Origin: Gemmatimonadales bacterium
GTDB taxonomy: Bacteria > Gemmatimonadota > Gemmatimonadetes > Gemmatimonadales > GWC2-71-9
Assembly: GCA_041615815.1 (NCBI GenBank)
Contig: JBFJCP010000005.1
Span: forward strand, 32,001 to 96,000
DNA length: 64,000 nucleotides
Direction of reading: 5' to 3'
Positions 8,339-18,143 of the stretch are shown here, in pieces (position 1 is the first letter of the stretch; each line of letters begins with the position of its first letter). A program made the position numbers and the translations under genes. The notes below the pieces were generated by a model that ran no database searches, had not been told where the DNA came from, and saw only the letters and a list, made by a program, of their open reading frames with translations.

Positions 8339-8752
8339 GTGAAGGCGTCCGCCGTCGTGGGCGGGACGGGAATGCTCCTTGTCGGACTGTCCTTGCTCTC
8401 AGCGGGCGCCTGCGGTTCCGATCGTCCGGGGTCTTCCTCGAGAGAGGTGCCTCGGGTGTTGGCCCCGACTCCCGCCGCGTTCGCGCGCGGCGAGTCACTC
8501 TACCTCGCTCACTGCGACCGGTGTCATGGTCACCGGGCCACGGGCTCGGAGATCGGACCGCCGCTGGTGCATTCGACGTACGAGCCCCGCCATCACGCGG
8601 ACGCGGCGTTTGTCTTGGCTGTGCGGAACGGTGTTCGAGCCCACCACTGGCCGTTCGGAGACATGCCGCCGGTCCCTGGGCTCAGCGAGGACGACGTCGC
8701 CTCGATCGTCGCGTATGTCCGATGGCTTCAGCGTGAGGCGGGCATCAACTGA
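8339..8752 (+). CDS. Monoheme cytochrome c lipoprotein with His-His motifs
   Basis: Lipobox AGAC; CDRCH; GPPLVH..YEPRHH; AHHWPFGDMPPV (Met distal ligand candidate). Confidence 0.82.
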   Translation: MKASAVVGGTGMLLVGLSLLSAGACGSDRPGSSSREVPRVLAPTPAAFARGESLYLAHCDRCHGHRATGSEIGPPLVHSTYEPRHHADAAFVLAVRNGVRAHHWPFGDMPPVPGLSEDDVASIVAYVRWLQREAGIN

Positions 8753-8782
8753 CGCGCACCCGTTTGAGCTGAGGAGGTTCTC

Positions 8783-9175
8783 ATGCGTTCACCAACCCGT
8801 GGTCTCATTGCCCTGACGGCGCTCGTGTTCGCCGCGCCGGCGGCCCTGGTGGCACAAGACACCAAGGTTGGGGTGGAAGCAACGCTGGCACAGGATGTCG
8901 TGGACCGGATGCCTGTGGGAGCCGCCACGACGTTCGCCCCCGACGTGGGCAAGGTGTACCTCTGGACCAAGGTCCACGGGGCCGACGGCACCCAGATCTC
9001 GCACGTGTGGATCCACGGATCTCACGAGGCGGTGGTTGAGTTGCCCGTGGGCGGTTCGCCGTGGCGCACTTGGAGCAGCCGCACGATCAATCCGGAGTGG
9101 ACCGGTGAGTGGCGGGTCGAAGTGCGGAACGCCGCTGGTGATGTGCTCGAGACGATCACCTTTACGATTGGGTGA
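8783..9175 (+). CDS. Secreted DUF2914-like beta-sandwich protein
   Basis: Signal peptide; VYLWTKV, HVW, WRTWS, GEWRVEV; SD GAGGAGG. Confidence 0.78.
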   Translation: MRSPTRGLIALTALVFAAPAALVAQDTKVGVEATLAQDVVDRMPVGAATTFAPDVGKVYLWTKVHGADGTQISHVWIHGSHEAVVELPVGGSPWRTWSSRTINPEWTGEWRVEVRNAAGDVLETITFTIG

Positions 9176-9198
9176 CGCCCTCGCTGTCCCATGCTGAC

Positions 9199-9230
9199 GC
9201 GGCCGCGGGTGCTTGCCCGCGGCCGCTTTC
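9199..9230. terminator. Probable intrinsic terminator, possibly bidirectional
   Basis: Perfect 11-bp stem GCGGCCGCGGG-tgcttg-CCCGCGGCCGC then TTTC, between convergent genes. Confidence 0.65.
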
Positions 9231-9247
9231 GCTTGCGGCTTGCGCGG

Positions 9248-9973
9248 TCAGGGTGTGAAGGCGTTGACCACCGTGGCCACGCCGAGGTTGAAGAGGGTCC
9301 AGAGTCCGGCAACGACGAGCAACGGTGACGTGAGGCTTCGCGAGCCAGTTTTGACTTGGTTGCCCAAGGCCAGCAAGAACACGTTCCACGCGCCGAACAG
9401 TGTAAACCGGCTGGCCAACACGTAGCGGAACGTTTGGGGGGTGTCGTCGAAGAGGAAACTCAGCGACCAGTTGCTCGGATCGGGCACTTCGAAACCCGGC
9501 ACACCGGCTCGCATGAGTCCCACCGTGAGGAGGATGCCCGCCAACTGGGGGAGATAGCTGTGCATGACGATCGCGAACTCGTCTGCGAACCGCAGGGGCG
9601 ACGCGGCGGTGGCTCCGAAGACCCACAGGAGAATCAACGAAACGACCGTGAGACTCACGACGGCGAAGACCGTTCCCAGGCCGAAGATGAGCAACCGCGC
9701 CTTGGGGGTCGCCGCTCCCTCGACCATCGCCCGCGCATTCTCGTCGGTGAACCGCTCGGGCGAACGGGCCTGGAACGCGGCCGCTCGTTGGCGGGCCGCG
9801 TCTTCCAGTGCTGCCCGGGGAGGGCCGAACGCGCCCACCGCGGAAGCCAACACGATGAGCAAGAGCGGAACGCCCCACCGGGGGCGTCGTGCCAGGTCCT
9901 CGAACACCTGACGAGGCTCGTCGAACGTGCGGAGCGCGAGCCACCAACTGGGTCGTGACCGATCGTCGGACAT
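9248..9973 (-). CDS. Yip1-family membrane protein
   Basis: TFDEPRQVFEDLARRPRWGVPLL N-terminus, 5 hydrophobic segments. Confidence 0.7.
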   Translation of the reverse strand: MSDDRSRPSWWLALRTFDEPRQVFEDLARRPRWGVPLLLIVLASAVGAFGPPRAALEDAARQRAAAFQARSPERFTDENARAMVEGAATPKARLLIFGLGTVFAVVSLTVVSLILLWVFGATAASPLRFADEFAIVMHSYLPQLAGILLTVGLMRAGVPGFEVPDPSNWSLSFLFDDTPQTFRYVLASRFTLFGAWNVFLLALGNQVKTGSRSLTSPLLVVAGLWTLFNLGVATVVNAFTP

Positions 9974-9984
9974 GGTGACGCCGT

Positions 9985-10941
9985 TCAACAGGCCTGCTGC
10001 GGCGCGTAGGGGCCTCGGACGGCTCGACTCACCACCTGGATTTGGGTGACGGTCCAGTCTGCCTGCGTGCCCACGGGGCCGATCACCGCGTATCGTGCGT
10101 CCCCGTCCACCAGGATGCCCGTGACTCGTGGCCGCAACTCGACGATCACGTCGTAGCAACCGTTGGGTGGGCGCACCGCCGCCCGCAGCGTCTGGACCGG
10201 TCTGGCATCAAGCGATTCATAGACCGTATATCCCTCTCGGGTGATGGGCGGGCTGCCCGCTTGCACGCCGTCCTCCTCTGGATTCGCGAGCAGGGCCAGA
10301 GCGCCTTGAGCATTCTGCGGCGACATTCCGATCCGTAGTCCGGCCCAGGTGCGGTTGGGGACACGGAATGTCAGGGCGTAGACGCGTCCATTCAGGGCGT
10401 CCACGACCAGATCCGATCCGTACGAATACCGCGCCAAGCTTGGGGCGGTGGGGTGGGCTTCTGGTGGTTGGGTGCCCAACATGGCGAACACCGTGGTGAC
10501 GGGGGTGTTGGGCTCGATGGGTAGGGGACGGACCTCTCCCTGGTATGGCACCGGATGGGGTTGCGCGACGAATTGCGGACCGGACGTGAACAACACGAAG
10601 AGACCCAGGACCGCGACGAGTGCGGCGCCGACGAGAATGGTCCGGGGACGCCCCAATTGCCACAGGAACTCCATGATCCGGCTGGTCTCGACCACCGGTG
10701 TGCGCGGCTGGGCCGTGACCGGTGTTGGTCCCCCGGGCGGCGTCCGGTCCAGCACGGGAGCGCCGTCACGCTTGATCGTCCCCGCTCCGTCGCGCTCCTC
10801 ACGGCGTTTGGTCGCGCGGGCGAGCTCCCGCATGATCACGGCCTCACCGCCCCCCGCTTTCTCGCGGGCGCACGCAGGACAACCACGAGGATTCTCGTCG
10901 TTGTAGGGGATCTTGTGCGTGGGACAGCGGACCAGGGCCAT
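9985..10941 (-). CDS. Hypothetical bitopic protein with N-terminal zinc-ribbon-like motif
   Basis: CPTH-x10-CPAC at N-terminus, single TM, C-terminal soluble domain. Confidence 0.7.
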   Translation of the reverse strand: MALVRCPTHKIPYNDENPRGCPACAREKAGGGEAVIMRELARATKRREERDGAGTIKRDGAPVLDRTPPGGPTPVTAQPRTPVVETSRIMEFLWQLGRPRTILVGAALVAVLGLFVLFTSGPQFVAQPHPVPYQGEVRPLPIEPNTPVTTVFAMLGTQPPEAHPTAPSLARYSYGSDLVVDALNGRVYALTFRVPNRTWAGLRIGMSPQNAQGALALLANPEEDGVQAGSPPITREGYTVYESLDARPVQTLRAAVRPPNGCYDVIVELRPRVTGILVDGDARYAVIGPVGTQADWTVTQIQVVSRAVRGPYAPQQAC

Positions 10942-10949
10942 GGCGACGG

Positions 10950-11510
10950 CTAGATTCGGGGCAGGGTCACGCCTTGCTGCGCTTGATACTTCCCGCGCTT
11001 GTCGGCGTAGGACACTTCACAAACATCGTCCGCATCTGCCTCGAAGAATAACACCTGTGCGATGCCCTCGTTGGCGTAGATCTTGGCGGGCAGGGGGGTG
11101 GTGTTGGAGATCTCGAGGGTCACGTGCCCTTCCCATTCCGGCTCGAAGGGCGTCACGTTCGTGATGATCCCGCAGCGGGCGTAGGTGCTCTTCCCGACAC
11201 AAATGGTGAGCACCTGACGGGGAATCCGAAAATACTCCACCGATCGGGCCAGCGCGAAGGAATTCGGAGGGATGATACACGAGTCTCCCTGCACCTCGAC
11301 AAACGACATGGGATCGAAGGCTTTGGGATCCACCACCGGGGAGTGCGCATTGGTGAAGATCCGGAATTCTCGGGCCACACGCATGTCATATCCGTACGAC
11401 GACAGCCCGTAGCTGATGACGTCGGCACGAACCTGGGAGTCGGCGAAGGGCTCGATCATGCCGTGTTCCATCGCCATGGTGCGGATCCAGCGGTCAGATT
11501 TGATGGACAT
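10950..11510 (-). CDS. dcd: dCTP deaminase
   Basis: [36 protein letters not shown]. Confidence 0.95.
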   Translation of the reverse strand: MSIKSDRWIRTMAMEHGMIEPFADSQVRADVISYGLSSYGYDMRVAREFRIFTNAHSPVVDPKAFDPMSFVEVQGDSCIIPPNSFALARSVEYFRIPRQVLTICVGKSTYARCGIITNVTPFEPEWEGHVTLEISNTTPLPAKIYANEGIAQVLFFEADADDVCEVSYADKRGKYQAQQGVTLPRI

Positions 11511-11588
11511 AGGGCTCCAAACGATAACGGTCGTCTGATGGGTCGCCGAAAGATACGTAGCCTTAGCCGTTGCGCCACTTGAGTTTGC

Positions 11589-11618
11589 TTGACACCCCGT
11601 CTCACCCGTGGGTAATTT
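11589..11618 (+). promoter_or_regulatory. sigma70-type promoter of nuo operon (TTGACA-18-TAATTT)
   Basis: Near-consensus hexamers in dcd/nuoA divergent region. Confidence 0.65.
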
Positions 11619-11631
11619 GAGTCCGCCGAGA

Positions 11632-11649
11632 TAGTGAAATTTTTCACGA
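11632..11649. promoter_or_regulatory. Rex-like operator TAGTGAA-ATTT-TTCACGA
   Basis: Matches TTGTGAA-N4-TTCACAA at 12/14, between promoter and nuoA. Confidence 0.65.
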
Positions 11650-11661
11650 GCTGGGAGACGG

Positions 11662-12018
11662 ATGCTCCGCGAGTACATACCGCTGCTCTTGTTGATCGGA
11701 TTCGTGATTGCCAATGCGGTGGCCATGTTGGCGGTTTCGGTGCTCGTCTCCCCGCAACGGCCCACCGTCGTGAAGGCCACTCCGTACGAGTCGGGCATGC
11801 CCCCGCTCGGTGGCACACGGGAGCGCTTCAGCGTGAAATTCTATCTCGTGGCCATGTTGTTCATCGTGTTCGATATCGAGGCGGTGTTCATGATTCCGTG
11901 GGGGGTCGCGTACCGGCAGCTCGGGCTCTTCGGGCTCGTGGAAATGCTGATCTTCATCCTCATCCTGTTCGTGGGCTACATCTACGCGTGGAAGCGGGGA
12001 GCGCTGGAATGGGATTGA
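11662..12018 (+). CDS. nuoA: NADH-quinone oxidoreductase subunit A
   Basis: [28 protein letters not shown]. Confidence 0.95.
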   Translation: MLREYIPLLLLIGFVIANAVAMLAVSVLVSPQRPTVVKATPYESGMPPLGGTRERFSVKFYLVAMLFIVFDIEAVFMIPWGVAYRQLGLFGLVEMLIFILILFVGYIYAWKRGALEWD

Positions 12019-12650
12019 TCGCAAAGAACCCGACCACTTCGGGAGCGCCGGGTGGCGCATCCCGCAACGTGGTATCGCAGGTTTCGCCCAACTGGCTGAC
12101 GACGCGGCTCGATTTTCTGGTCAACTGGGCGCGGGCCAACAGCCTGTGGCCCATGCCGTTCGGCACGGCGTGCTGTGCCATCGAATTCATGGCGACGGCG
12201 GCCGGTCGGTTCGATCTCGCCCGATTTGGCATGGAGCGCATGAGCTTTTCCCCGCGCCAGGCGGACGTCCTCATTTGCGCGGGCCGATTGCCCTTCAAGC
12301 TCGCCCCGGTGATCCGGCGGATCTATGATCAGATGCCTCAGCCCAAATGGGTGATCTCCATGGGCGCGTGCGCGTCCTCCGGTGGGATCTTCGACAATTA
12401 CGCCATGGTGCAGGGGATCGACACCGTGGTGCCTGTGGATGTCTACGTGCCGGGGTGCCCCCCGCGCCCGGAAGGCTTGCTGTACGGCATCCTGTTGCTG
12501 CAGAAGAAGGTCAAGGGCGAAACGCTGCTCGATCCCACCATTCGGGACGAGCATCTCGTCGAGGCCGGTGGCTTGCGAATGCCAGCGCGCCTGGTGGATG
12601 AGCTGTCCGAGCCCTTCGGCAATTCCATTCACCAGACCCGCTCCGCGTAG
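12009..12650 (+). CDS. nuoB: NADH-quinone oxidoreductase subunit B
   Basis: [31 protein letters not shown]. Confidence 0.95.
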   Translation: MGLIAKNPTTSGAPGGASRNVVSQVSPNWLTTRLDFLVNWARANSLWPMPFGTACCAIEFMATAAGRFDLARFGMERMSFSPRQADVLICAGRLPFKLAPVIRRIYDQMPQPKWVISMGACASSGGIFDNYAMVQGIDTVVPVDVYVPGCPPRPEGLLYGILLLQKKVKGETLLDPTIRDEHLVEAGGLRMPARLVDELSEPFGNSIHQTRSA

Positions 12651-12656
12651 CACTCG

Positions 12657-13307
12657 GTGAACGCATCCGTCGACGCCCTGCGGCGTCAGTTCGGCGAGGC
12701 CATCCTGCGTGCCTCCGAGTCGTGTGGGACCACCATCGTGCACGTCGCGGGAGGCCGGGCGCGCGAGATCCTGGCCTGGCTCAAAGACACCCCGCAGCAC
12801 GAGTACAACTATCTCGTGGACATCACCGCTGTGGAATATCGTGACCCCGAGCGTGACCTGGAGGTTGTGTATCTGGTGCGCTCTCTCGAGCGACAGACCG
12901 AACTGCGGATCAAGGTCGACCTTCCCAAGACGAATGCACTCGAGGTGGACTCGGTGGTGGGGTTGTGGCGAGGCGCCGATTGGATGGAGCGTGAGGTGTA
13001 CGACATGTTCGGCGTGCAGTTCCGGGGACACCCGGACCTCCGCCGCATCCTGATGTGGGAGACGTACGCCGAGGGCTATCCGCTCCGGAAGGACTTTCCG
13101 CTCCGGGGCCGGTTCTCCCGCTCGGAGCAGGTGCGGCAGGCGCTCAACGCGAATCCCGAAGCGCATTATTCCCTCGAAGAGCTGTCCATCTTCGGTGCCT
13201 ATCACGACCTGCCCATGGACATGCGGGAGCGCTTGGCGCGCGGTGGTCGGGGAGAAATCCCCGAACCTCGCGTCCCGGATGAGGTTGGACCGGACGAGCA
13301 TGAGTAA
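12657..13307 (+). CDS. nuoC: NADH-quinone oxidoreductase subunit C
   Basis: EREVYDMFG, GHPDLRRIL, PLRKDFP. Confidence 0.95.
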   Translation: MNASVDALRRQFGEAILRASESCGTTIVHVAGGRAREILAWLKDTPQHEYNYLVDITAVEYRDPERDLEVVYLVRSLERQTELRIKVDLPKTNALEVDSVVGLWRGADWMEREVYDMFGVQFRGHPDLRRILMWETYAEGYPLRKDFPLRGRFSRSEQVRQALNANPEAHYSLEELSIFGAYHDLPMDMRERLARGGRGEIPEPRVPDEVGPDEHE

Positions 13308-14583
13308 GAAGCGGACCGTCGAATTAGGCGTGGCCACCACCGGGGTGGACGCCCAGGGCCGGGCGGCACGCGTGCCCCTCGGTGTCGTCACGGAGCCACC
13401 GCCGGAGCCGGACTTCAATGCGGAACACATGTTGGTGAACCTCGGCCCGCAGCACCCCGCTACCCACGGGGTCCTACGACTGGTGGTCGAGCTCGACGGC
13501 GAGGTGGTGATCCGGGTCATCCCGCACGTCGGGTATTTGCACTCGGGGTTCGAAAAGCTGGGCGAGTACCGGCATTACAACCAGATCGTCCCGCTCACGG
13601 ATCGAACGGACTACCTGGGGCCCATGGCCAACAATGTCGGTGTGGTGCTGGCGGCGGAAGCATTGATGGGGATCGAGGTCACGGAGCGTTGCAAGGTCCT
13701 GCGGGTCATCGCGTGCGAGATGAGTCGCATCATCTCCCATCTCGTGTGGCTCGGAACGACCGCCATCGACATCGGCGCCTTCACGCCCTTCCTGTGGACG
13801 TTCTACGAACGTGAGCGGATCTACAATCTGCAGGAGATGTGGACCGGAGCCCGTCTTACGACGAGTCTCACCCGGGTAGGGGGGCTGATGGCCGATATCC
13901 CGGACGGGTTCGTGGAGGGGCTCCGAGAGGCCTGCCGGCTACTGCCCAACGTGCTGGATGAGGTGGACCGACTCCTCACACGCAACGCCATTTGGTGCTC
14001 GCGCACGCAGGGGATCGGGGTGCTGACCGGTGAGGAGGCGATCAACTATTCCCTCTCGGGTCCGATGCTTCGGGCCAGCGGCGTAGCGTACGACGTGCGA
14101 AAAGACCGTTCGTACCTGGACTACGAGACCTACGACTTCGACGTTCCGATCGGTGAGCACGGCGATGTCTACGACCGGTATCTCGTTCGACTGGAAGAGA
14201 TCAGGCAATCCGTCCGGATTCTGGAGCAGGCACTCGATCGGTTACCGGATGGTCCCATCAATGTGGACGATCCGCGCGTCATTCTTCCCCCCAAGTCGGC
14301 AGCCATGAACGACATGGAAGCGATGATCTTCCACTTCAAACAGGTCATGGAGGGCGTTCCCGCTCCAGTGGGCGAAGCCTACGTATCGATTGAGAATGGG
14401 AAGGGAGAGCAGGGGAACTACTTCGTGTCCGACGGAACGGCCAAGCCGGTTCGATGGAGGATCCGCCCGCCATCGTTCATCAACCTGGCGGTGCTCCCGA
14501 AGATGTCCGAAGGGCACCTGCTGTCGGATCTCATCGCCATCAATGCCAGTGTGGACATCGTCATGGGCGAAGTGGATCGGTAG
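13300..14583 (+). CDS. nuoD: NADH-quinone oxidoreductase subunit D
   Basis: NLGPQHPATHGVLRL, GYLHSGFEK, DIVMGEVDR. Confidence 0.95.
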   Translation: MSKKRTVELGVATTGVDAQGRAARVPLGVVTEPPPEPDFNAEHMLVNLGPQHPATHGVLRLVVELDGEVVIRVIPHVGYLHSGFEKLGEYRHYNQIVPLTDRTDYLGPMANNVGVVLAAEALMGIEVTERCKVLRVIACEMSRIISHLVWLGTTAIDIGAFTPFLWTFYERERIYNLQEMWTGARLTTSLTRVGGLMADIPDGFVEGLREACRLLPNVLDEVDRLLTRNAIWCSRTQGIGVLTGEEAINYSLSGPMLRASGVAYDVRKDRSYLDYETYDFDVPIGEHGDVYDRYLVRLEEIRQSVRILEQALDRLPDGPINVDDPRVILPPKSAAMNDMEAMIFHFKQVMEGVPAPVGEAYVSIENGKGEQGNYFVSDGTAKPVRWRIRPPSFINLAVLPKMSEGHLLSDLIAINASVDIVMGEVDR

Positions 14584-14596
14584 CCGCGGGACGCCA

Positions 14597-15094
14597 ATGA
14601 CCGTACGCGAGACTACGTACGAGCCGGTCTTCACCGGCGACAGACGCCGCGAGCTGGAGGCGCTCCTGGGACGCTATCCCGTCAAACAAGCGGCTCTGCT
14701 GCCGGCGTTGTGGATGGTGCAGGAGGATCGGGGTTGGATCTCCGACGCGGCCATGGCGGAGGTGGCGGACGTGCTCGATCTGACCCCCGCGTACGTCAAG
14801 GGAGTCGTCACGTTTTACACGATGTACCACCAGCATCCCGTGGGTGAACACTTCGTGCAAGTGTGTACCACGACACCCTGCAACATCTGTGGTGCGGAGG
14901 ACGTGGTCCGAGCCCTGTTGGAACACACGGGTTGTGGGGAGCTCGGGGCCACGTCCCCGGACGGCAAGTTCACCGTGATCGAAGTCGAGTGCCTGGGCGC
15001 GTGCGGTTTTGCCACACCGATTTTGATCGACGACGACTTCATCGAGGACGTGACACCGCAGCAGGTGCCGGCGCTCGTGGCGAAATACCGATGA
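14597..15094 (+). CDS. nuoE: NADH-quinone oxidoreductase subunit E
   Basis: VVTFYTMY, CTTTPC, ECLGAC 2Fe-2S ligands. Confidence 0.93.
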   Translation: MTVRETTYEPVFTGDRRRELEALLGRYPVKQAALLPALWMVQEDRGWISDAAMAEVADVLDLTPAYVKGVVTFYTMYHQHPVGEHFVQVCTTTPCNICGAEDVVRALLEHTGCGELGATSPDGKFTVIEVECLGACGFATPILIDDDFIEDVTPQQVPALVAKYR

Positions 15095-15245
15095 GCACGA
15101 GCCGTTCGAGCCACGACGTGTCCGCCGCTCGGCCCACCCGGGCGTCTGGCGAGGTGCGGCGTGCTTCTCGCGCGGCTGCCCTCTCAACGGCGGGCGGGTG
15201 TGCAGGCGGCCGCCGTCGTCGGGGATCGGGAAGGGAGGAGTCCTA

Positions 15246-16553
15246 GTGGGCTATCCACATGAGCCGCATCCCAACGAAACCCTCGTCCTGAGCGAACACT
15301 TCGGCAACGCGGACGCACGATCGTACGATGGCTGGGTCCGACGGGGCGGGTACCACGCCCTCCAACAAGCGCTCGCGATGGAGCCGGCAGAGATCATCGA
15401 TCAGGTGAAGGCCTCCGGGCTGCGTGGGCGTGGTGGCGCGGGCTTCCCGACGGGACTCAAGTGGTCCTTCATGCCGAAGGAGAAGTCGAAGCCCCACTAT
15501 CTCTGCTGCAACGCCGACGAATCAGAGCCGGGGACATTCAAGGATCGAGAGATCATGCGGTGGACACCGCATCAGCTCATCGAGGGATGCGCCATCGCCC
15601 AATACGCCATCCAGGCGGAGATCACGTACATCTATATTCGTGGCGAGTTCACCGAGCCTCTGGCCATCATGCAGGCTGCGCTCGACGAGGCGTATGACCG
15701 GGGCGTGCTCGGCGCCAATGCCATGGGCACTGGCACGCGCATCGACATGTACATCCATCGCGGTGCGGGGGCGTACATCTGCGGAGAGGAAACCGCCCTC
15801 ATGAACTCCATTGAGGGCAAACGGGGGAACCCACGGGTCAAACCACCGTTCCCCGCTGCGTACGGTGTGTTCGGCATGCCCACCACGATCAACAACGTGG
15901 AGACCCTGGCCGCCGTGCCGCATATCCTCAACCGGGGCCCCGAGTGGTACAAACAACTCTCACGCTCGAGTCCGAAGAGCACGGGCACCAAGCTGCTCAG
16001 CGTGTGCGGGCACGTCCGGAAGCCCGGGAACTACGAGTTGGAGATGGGCTTTCCGCTCCGTGAGCTGATTTACGAGCTGTGTGGGGGTATGCGCGACGGG
16101 CGCACGCTCAAGGCGTGCATTCCCGGCGGTTCTTCGGTCCCGATCCTCGACCGGGACGAGTCCGAGGGTTGTTTGTTGGACTACGAGGGAGTGGTGGATG
16201 CCGGGTCGATGCTGGGCTCCGGCGGCGTGATCGTCTTCGACGATAGCGCGGACATGGTCTATCAGATCATGCGTCTGGCGCGGTTCTATGCTCACGAGTC
16301 GTGCGCGCAGTGTACCCAATGCCGGGAGGGGACCGCGTGGACCGTGCGCATCCTGGAGCGGATTCTGGCCGGGGAGGGGGAAATGCGGGATCTGGATCTC
16401 TTGCTCGACCTCGCGGAGCAGATGACCGGCCGCACCATTTGCGTCCTGAGTGATTCCTGCGCTGCCCCCGTCGTGAGCGGTATCAAGAAATTCCGGAGTG
16501 AGTTCGAGGCCTACATCCAGGGCGCCCGGCGCCCGGCGCTGGCGGTCGTGTAG
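15246..16553 (+). CDS. nuoF: NADH-quinone oxidoreductase subunit F
   Basis: GLRGRGGAGFPTG, NADESEPG, YICGEET, SCAQCTQCREG; SD GGGAGGAG. Confidence 0.95.
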   Translation: MGYPHEPHPNETLVLSEHFGNADARSYDGWVRRGGYHALQQALAMEPAEIIDQVKASGLRGRGGAGFPTGLKWSFMPKEKSKPHYLCCNADESEPGTFKDREIMRWTPHQLIEGCAIAQYAIQAEITYIYIRGEFTEPLAIMQAALDEAYDRGVLGANAMGTGTRIDMYIHRGAGAYICGEETALMNSIEGKRGNPRVKPPFPAAYGVFGMPTTINNVETLAAVPHILNRGPEWYKQLSRSSPKSTGTKLLSVCGHVRKPGNYELEMGFPLRELIYELCGGMRDGRTLKACIPGGSSVPILDRDESEGCLLDYEGVVDAGSMLGSGGVIVFDDSADMVYQIMRLARFYAHESCAQCTQCREGTAWTVRILERILAGEGEMRDLDLLLDLAEQMTGRTICVLSDSCAAPVVSGIKKFRSEFEAYIQGARRPALAVV

Positions 16554-16556
16554 GAC

Positions 16557-18143
16557 ATGACGCAACCCGACCTCGTGACCCTCACCATCGAAGGCGTCGA
16601 GGTGACGGTTCCCAAGGGAACCACGATCCTCGAAGCGGCCAAGCAGGCCGGCGTGCTGATTCCCCATTACTGCTATCACCCGGGGCTCCCGATCGCCGGC
16701 GTGTGCCGCATGTGTTTGGTGGAAGTCGAGGGCATGCCCAAGCTGCAGATCGGCTGCCAAGCCCTGGTGGCGGACGGACAGGTGGTTCGCGTCTCCTCGC
16801 CGGAGCCGCAGGAGGCGCGGCAGAGTGTGCTGGAGTTCCTTTTGATCAACCATCCGCTCGACTGTCCGATCTGTGACCAGGCCGGCGAGTGCGAGCTGCA
16901 AGACTTCGTCTTCCAAGAGGGCCGGCCGCGGACCCGCTACACGCCAACGTATCCCAAGCGGTATAACCCCGCCGAGGATTTTGGCGGTGACGTCATCTAC
17001 GTTCCCAATCGCTGTATCCTCTGCACCCGATGTGTGCGATTCATGGATCACGTGGCCGAAGATCCGATCCTCAACGTCTCAGAGCGGGGGGATCGGGCGT
17101 TCATCGGCATACACCCCGACCGTGCACTGGATCACGCCTGGGCCGGGAACGTGGTAGATCTGTGTCCGGTGGGATCACTGCTCTCCAAAGACTTCCTGCA
17201 CAAGGCCCGCGCCTGGGAGCTCGATAAGACTGCGAGCATCTGTACCGGTTGCTCACAGGGCTGCAACGTCAATCTCGATTCCCGGAACAACGTGGTGGTA
17301 CGTGTTCGTCCGCGGGCCAACCAAGAGGTCAATCGGTACTTCATCTGTGACCACGGGCGGCTCCACTATCGCTGGATGAACCGGGGAGATCGCATCGAGG
17401 CACCGCTCGTGCGCCAGGGTGGGGAGCTGGTGGCGACGGATTGGGACCACGCGTTGTCGACCACCGGGGCCGCGCTCAACGGTGCTGCCGGAAAAGCCGT
17501 GGCGTTGGTATCGCCTGGTGCATCCTGCGAGGCTCTCTTCCTGGTCAGCCGGGTGCTGCAACAGTTCGAGTGCCGCGGGGCGTTTCGGGTGCCGCGGGTA
17601 AACGGCGAGCAACCGCTACCGGGAGTTCCTGGACTGGCCTTGCGGTCCGAACGGGCACCCAACGTGACCGGCGCAACGCTGCTCGGCTACGAGGACGACT
17701 TCGCCGCGGCACTGGAGGCCATTGCCGATGCCAGCGTCGTCCTGGTGCTCGACGAGTCGCTGGAGGAGGTCTCGCCGGAGCTTCTCGAAGCTCCTGGCAC
17801 GTTCATTTACCTCGGGACGGTCATGCCGGAGGCGGCGCGCGGCGCCCACGTGGTCCTTCCCGTCGCCAACGTCGCGGAGGAAGACGGCACATTCGTGAAT
17901 CGCGACCACCGGGTGCAGCGGTACGTCCAGGCCAAGGCCACACCGGGCATGGCTCGACCGGCCTGGTGGGTGCTGAGCGAGCTCGTGAGTGAGCTCGAGG
18001 GCGGGGACGTGCCTACCGAGGCCGCAGCGGTCTTTGCGCGCCTCGCGACGGAGCACGCGACCTTTGACGGTCTGTCGTATGGCCAGCTCGGCTATCGGGG
18101 GGTGATGCTGGCCGATGCGCGCGCGCCCGAGGTCACCCGATGA
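16557..18143 (+). CDS. nuoG: NADH-quinone oxidoreductase subunit G (short form)
   Basis: CYHP..CRMC, HPLDCPICDQAGEC, CILCTRC, CTGCSQGC. Confidence 0.9.
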   Translation: MTQPDLVTLTIEGVEVTVPKGTTILEAAKQAGVLIPHYCYHPGLPIAGVCRMCLVEVEGMPKLQIGCQALVADGQVVRVSSPEPQEARQSVLEFLLINHPLDCPICDQAGECELQDFVFQEGRPRTRYTPTYPKRYNPAEDFGGDVIYVPNRCILCTRCVRFMDHVAEDPILNVSERGDRAFIGIHPDRALDHAWAGNVVDLCPVGSLLSKDFLHKARAWELDKTASICTGCSQGCNVNLDSRNNVVVRVRPRANQEVNRYFICDHGRLHYRWMNRGDRIEAPLVRQGGELVATDWDHALSTTGAALNGAAGKAVALVSPGASCEALFLVSRVLQQFECRGAFRVPRVNGEQPLPGVPGLALRSERAPNVTGATLLGYEDDFAAALEAIADASVVLVLDESLEEVSPELLEAPGTFIYLGTVMPEAARGAHVVLPVANVAEEDGTFVNRDHRVQRYVQAKATPGMARPAWWVLSELVSELEGGDVPTEAAAVFARLATEHATFDGLSYGQLGYRGVMLADARAPEVTR

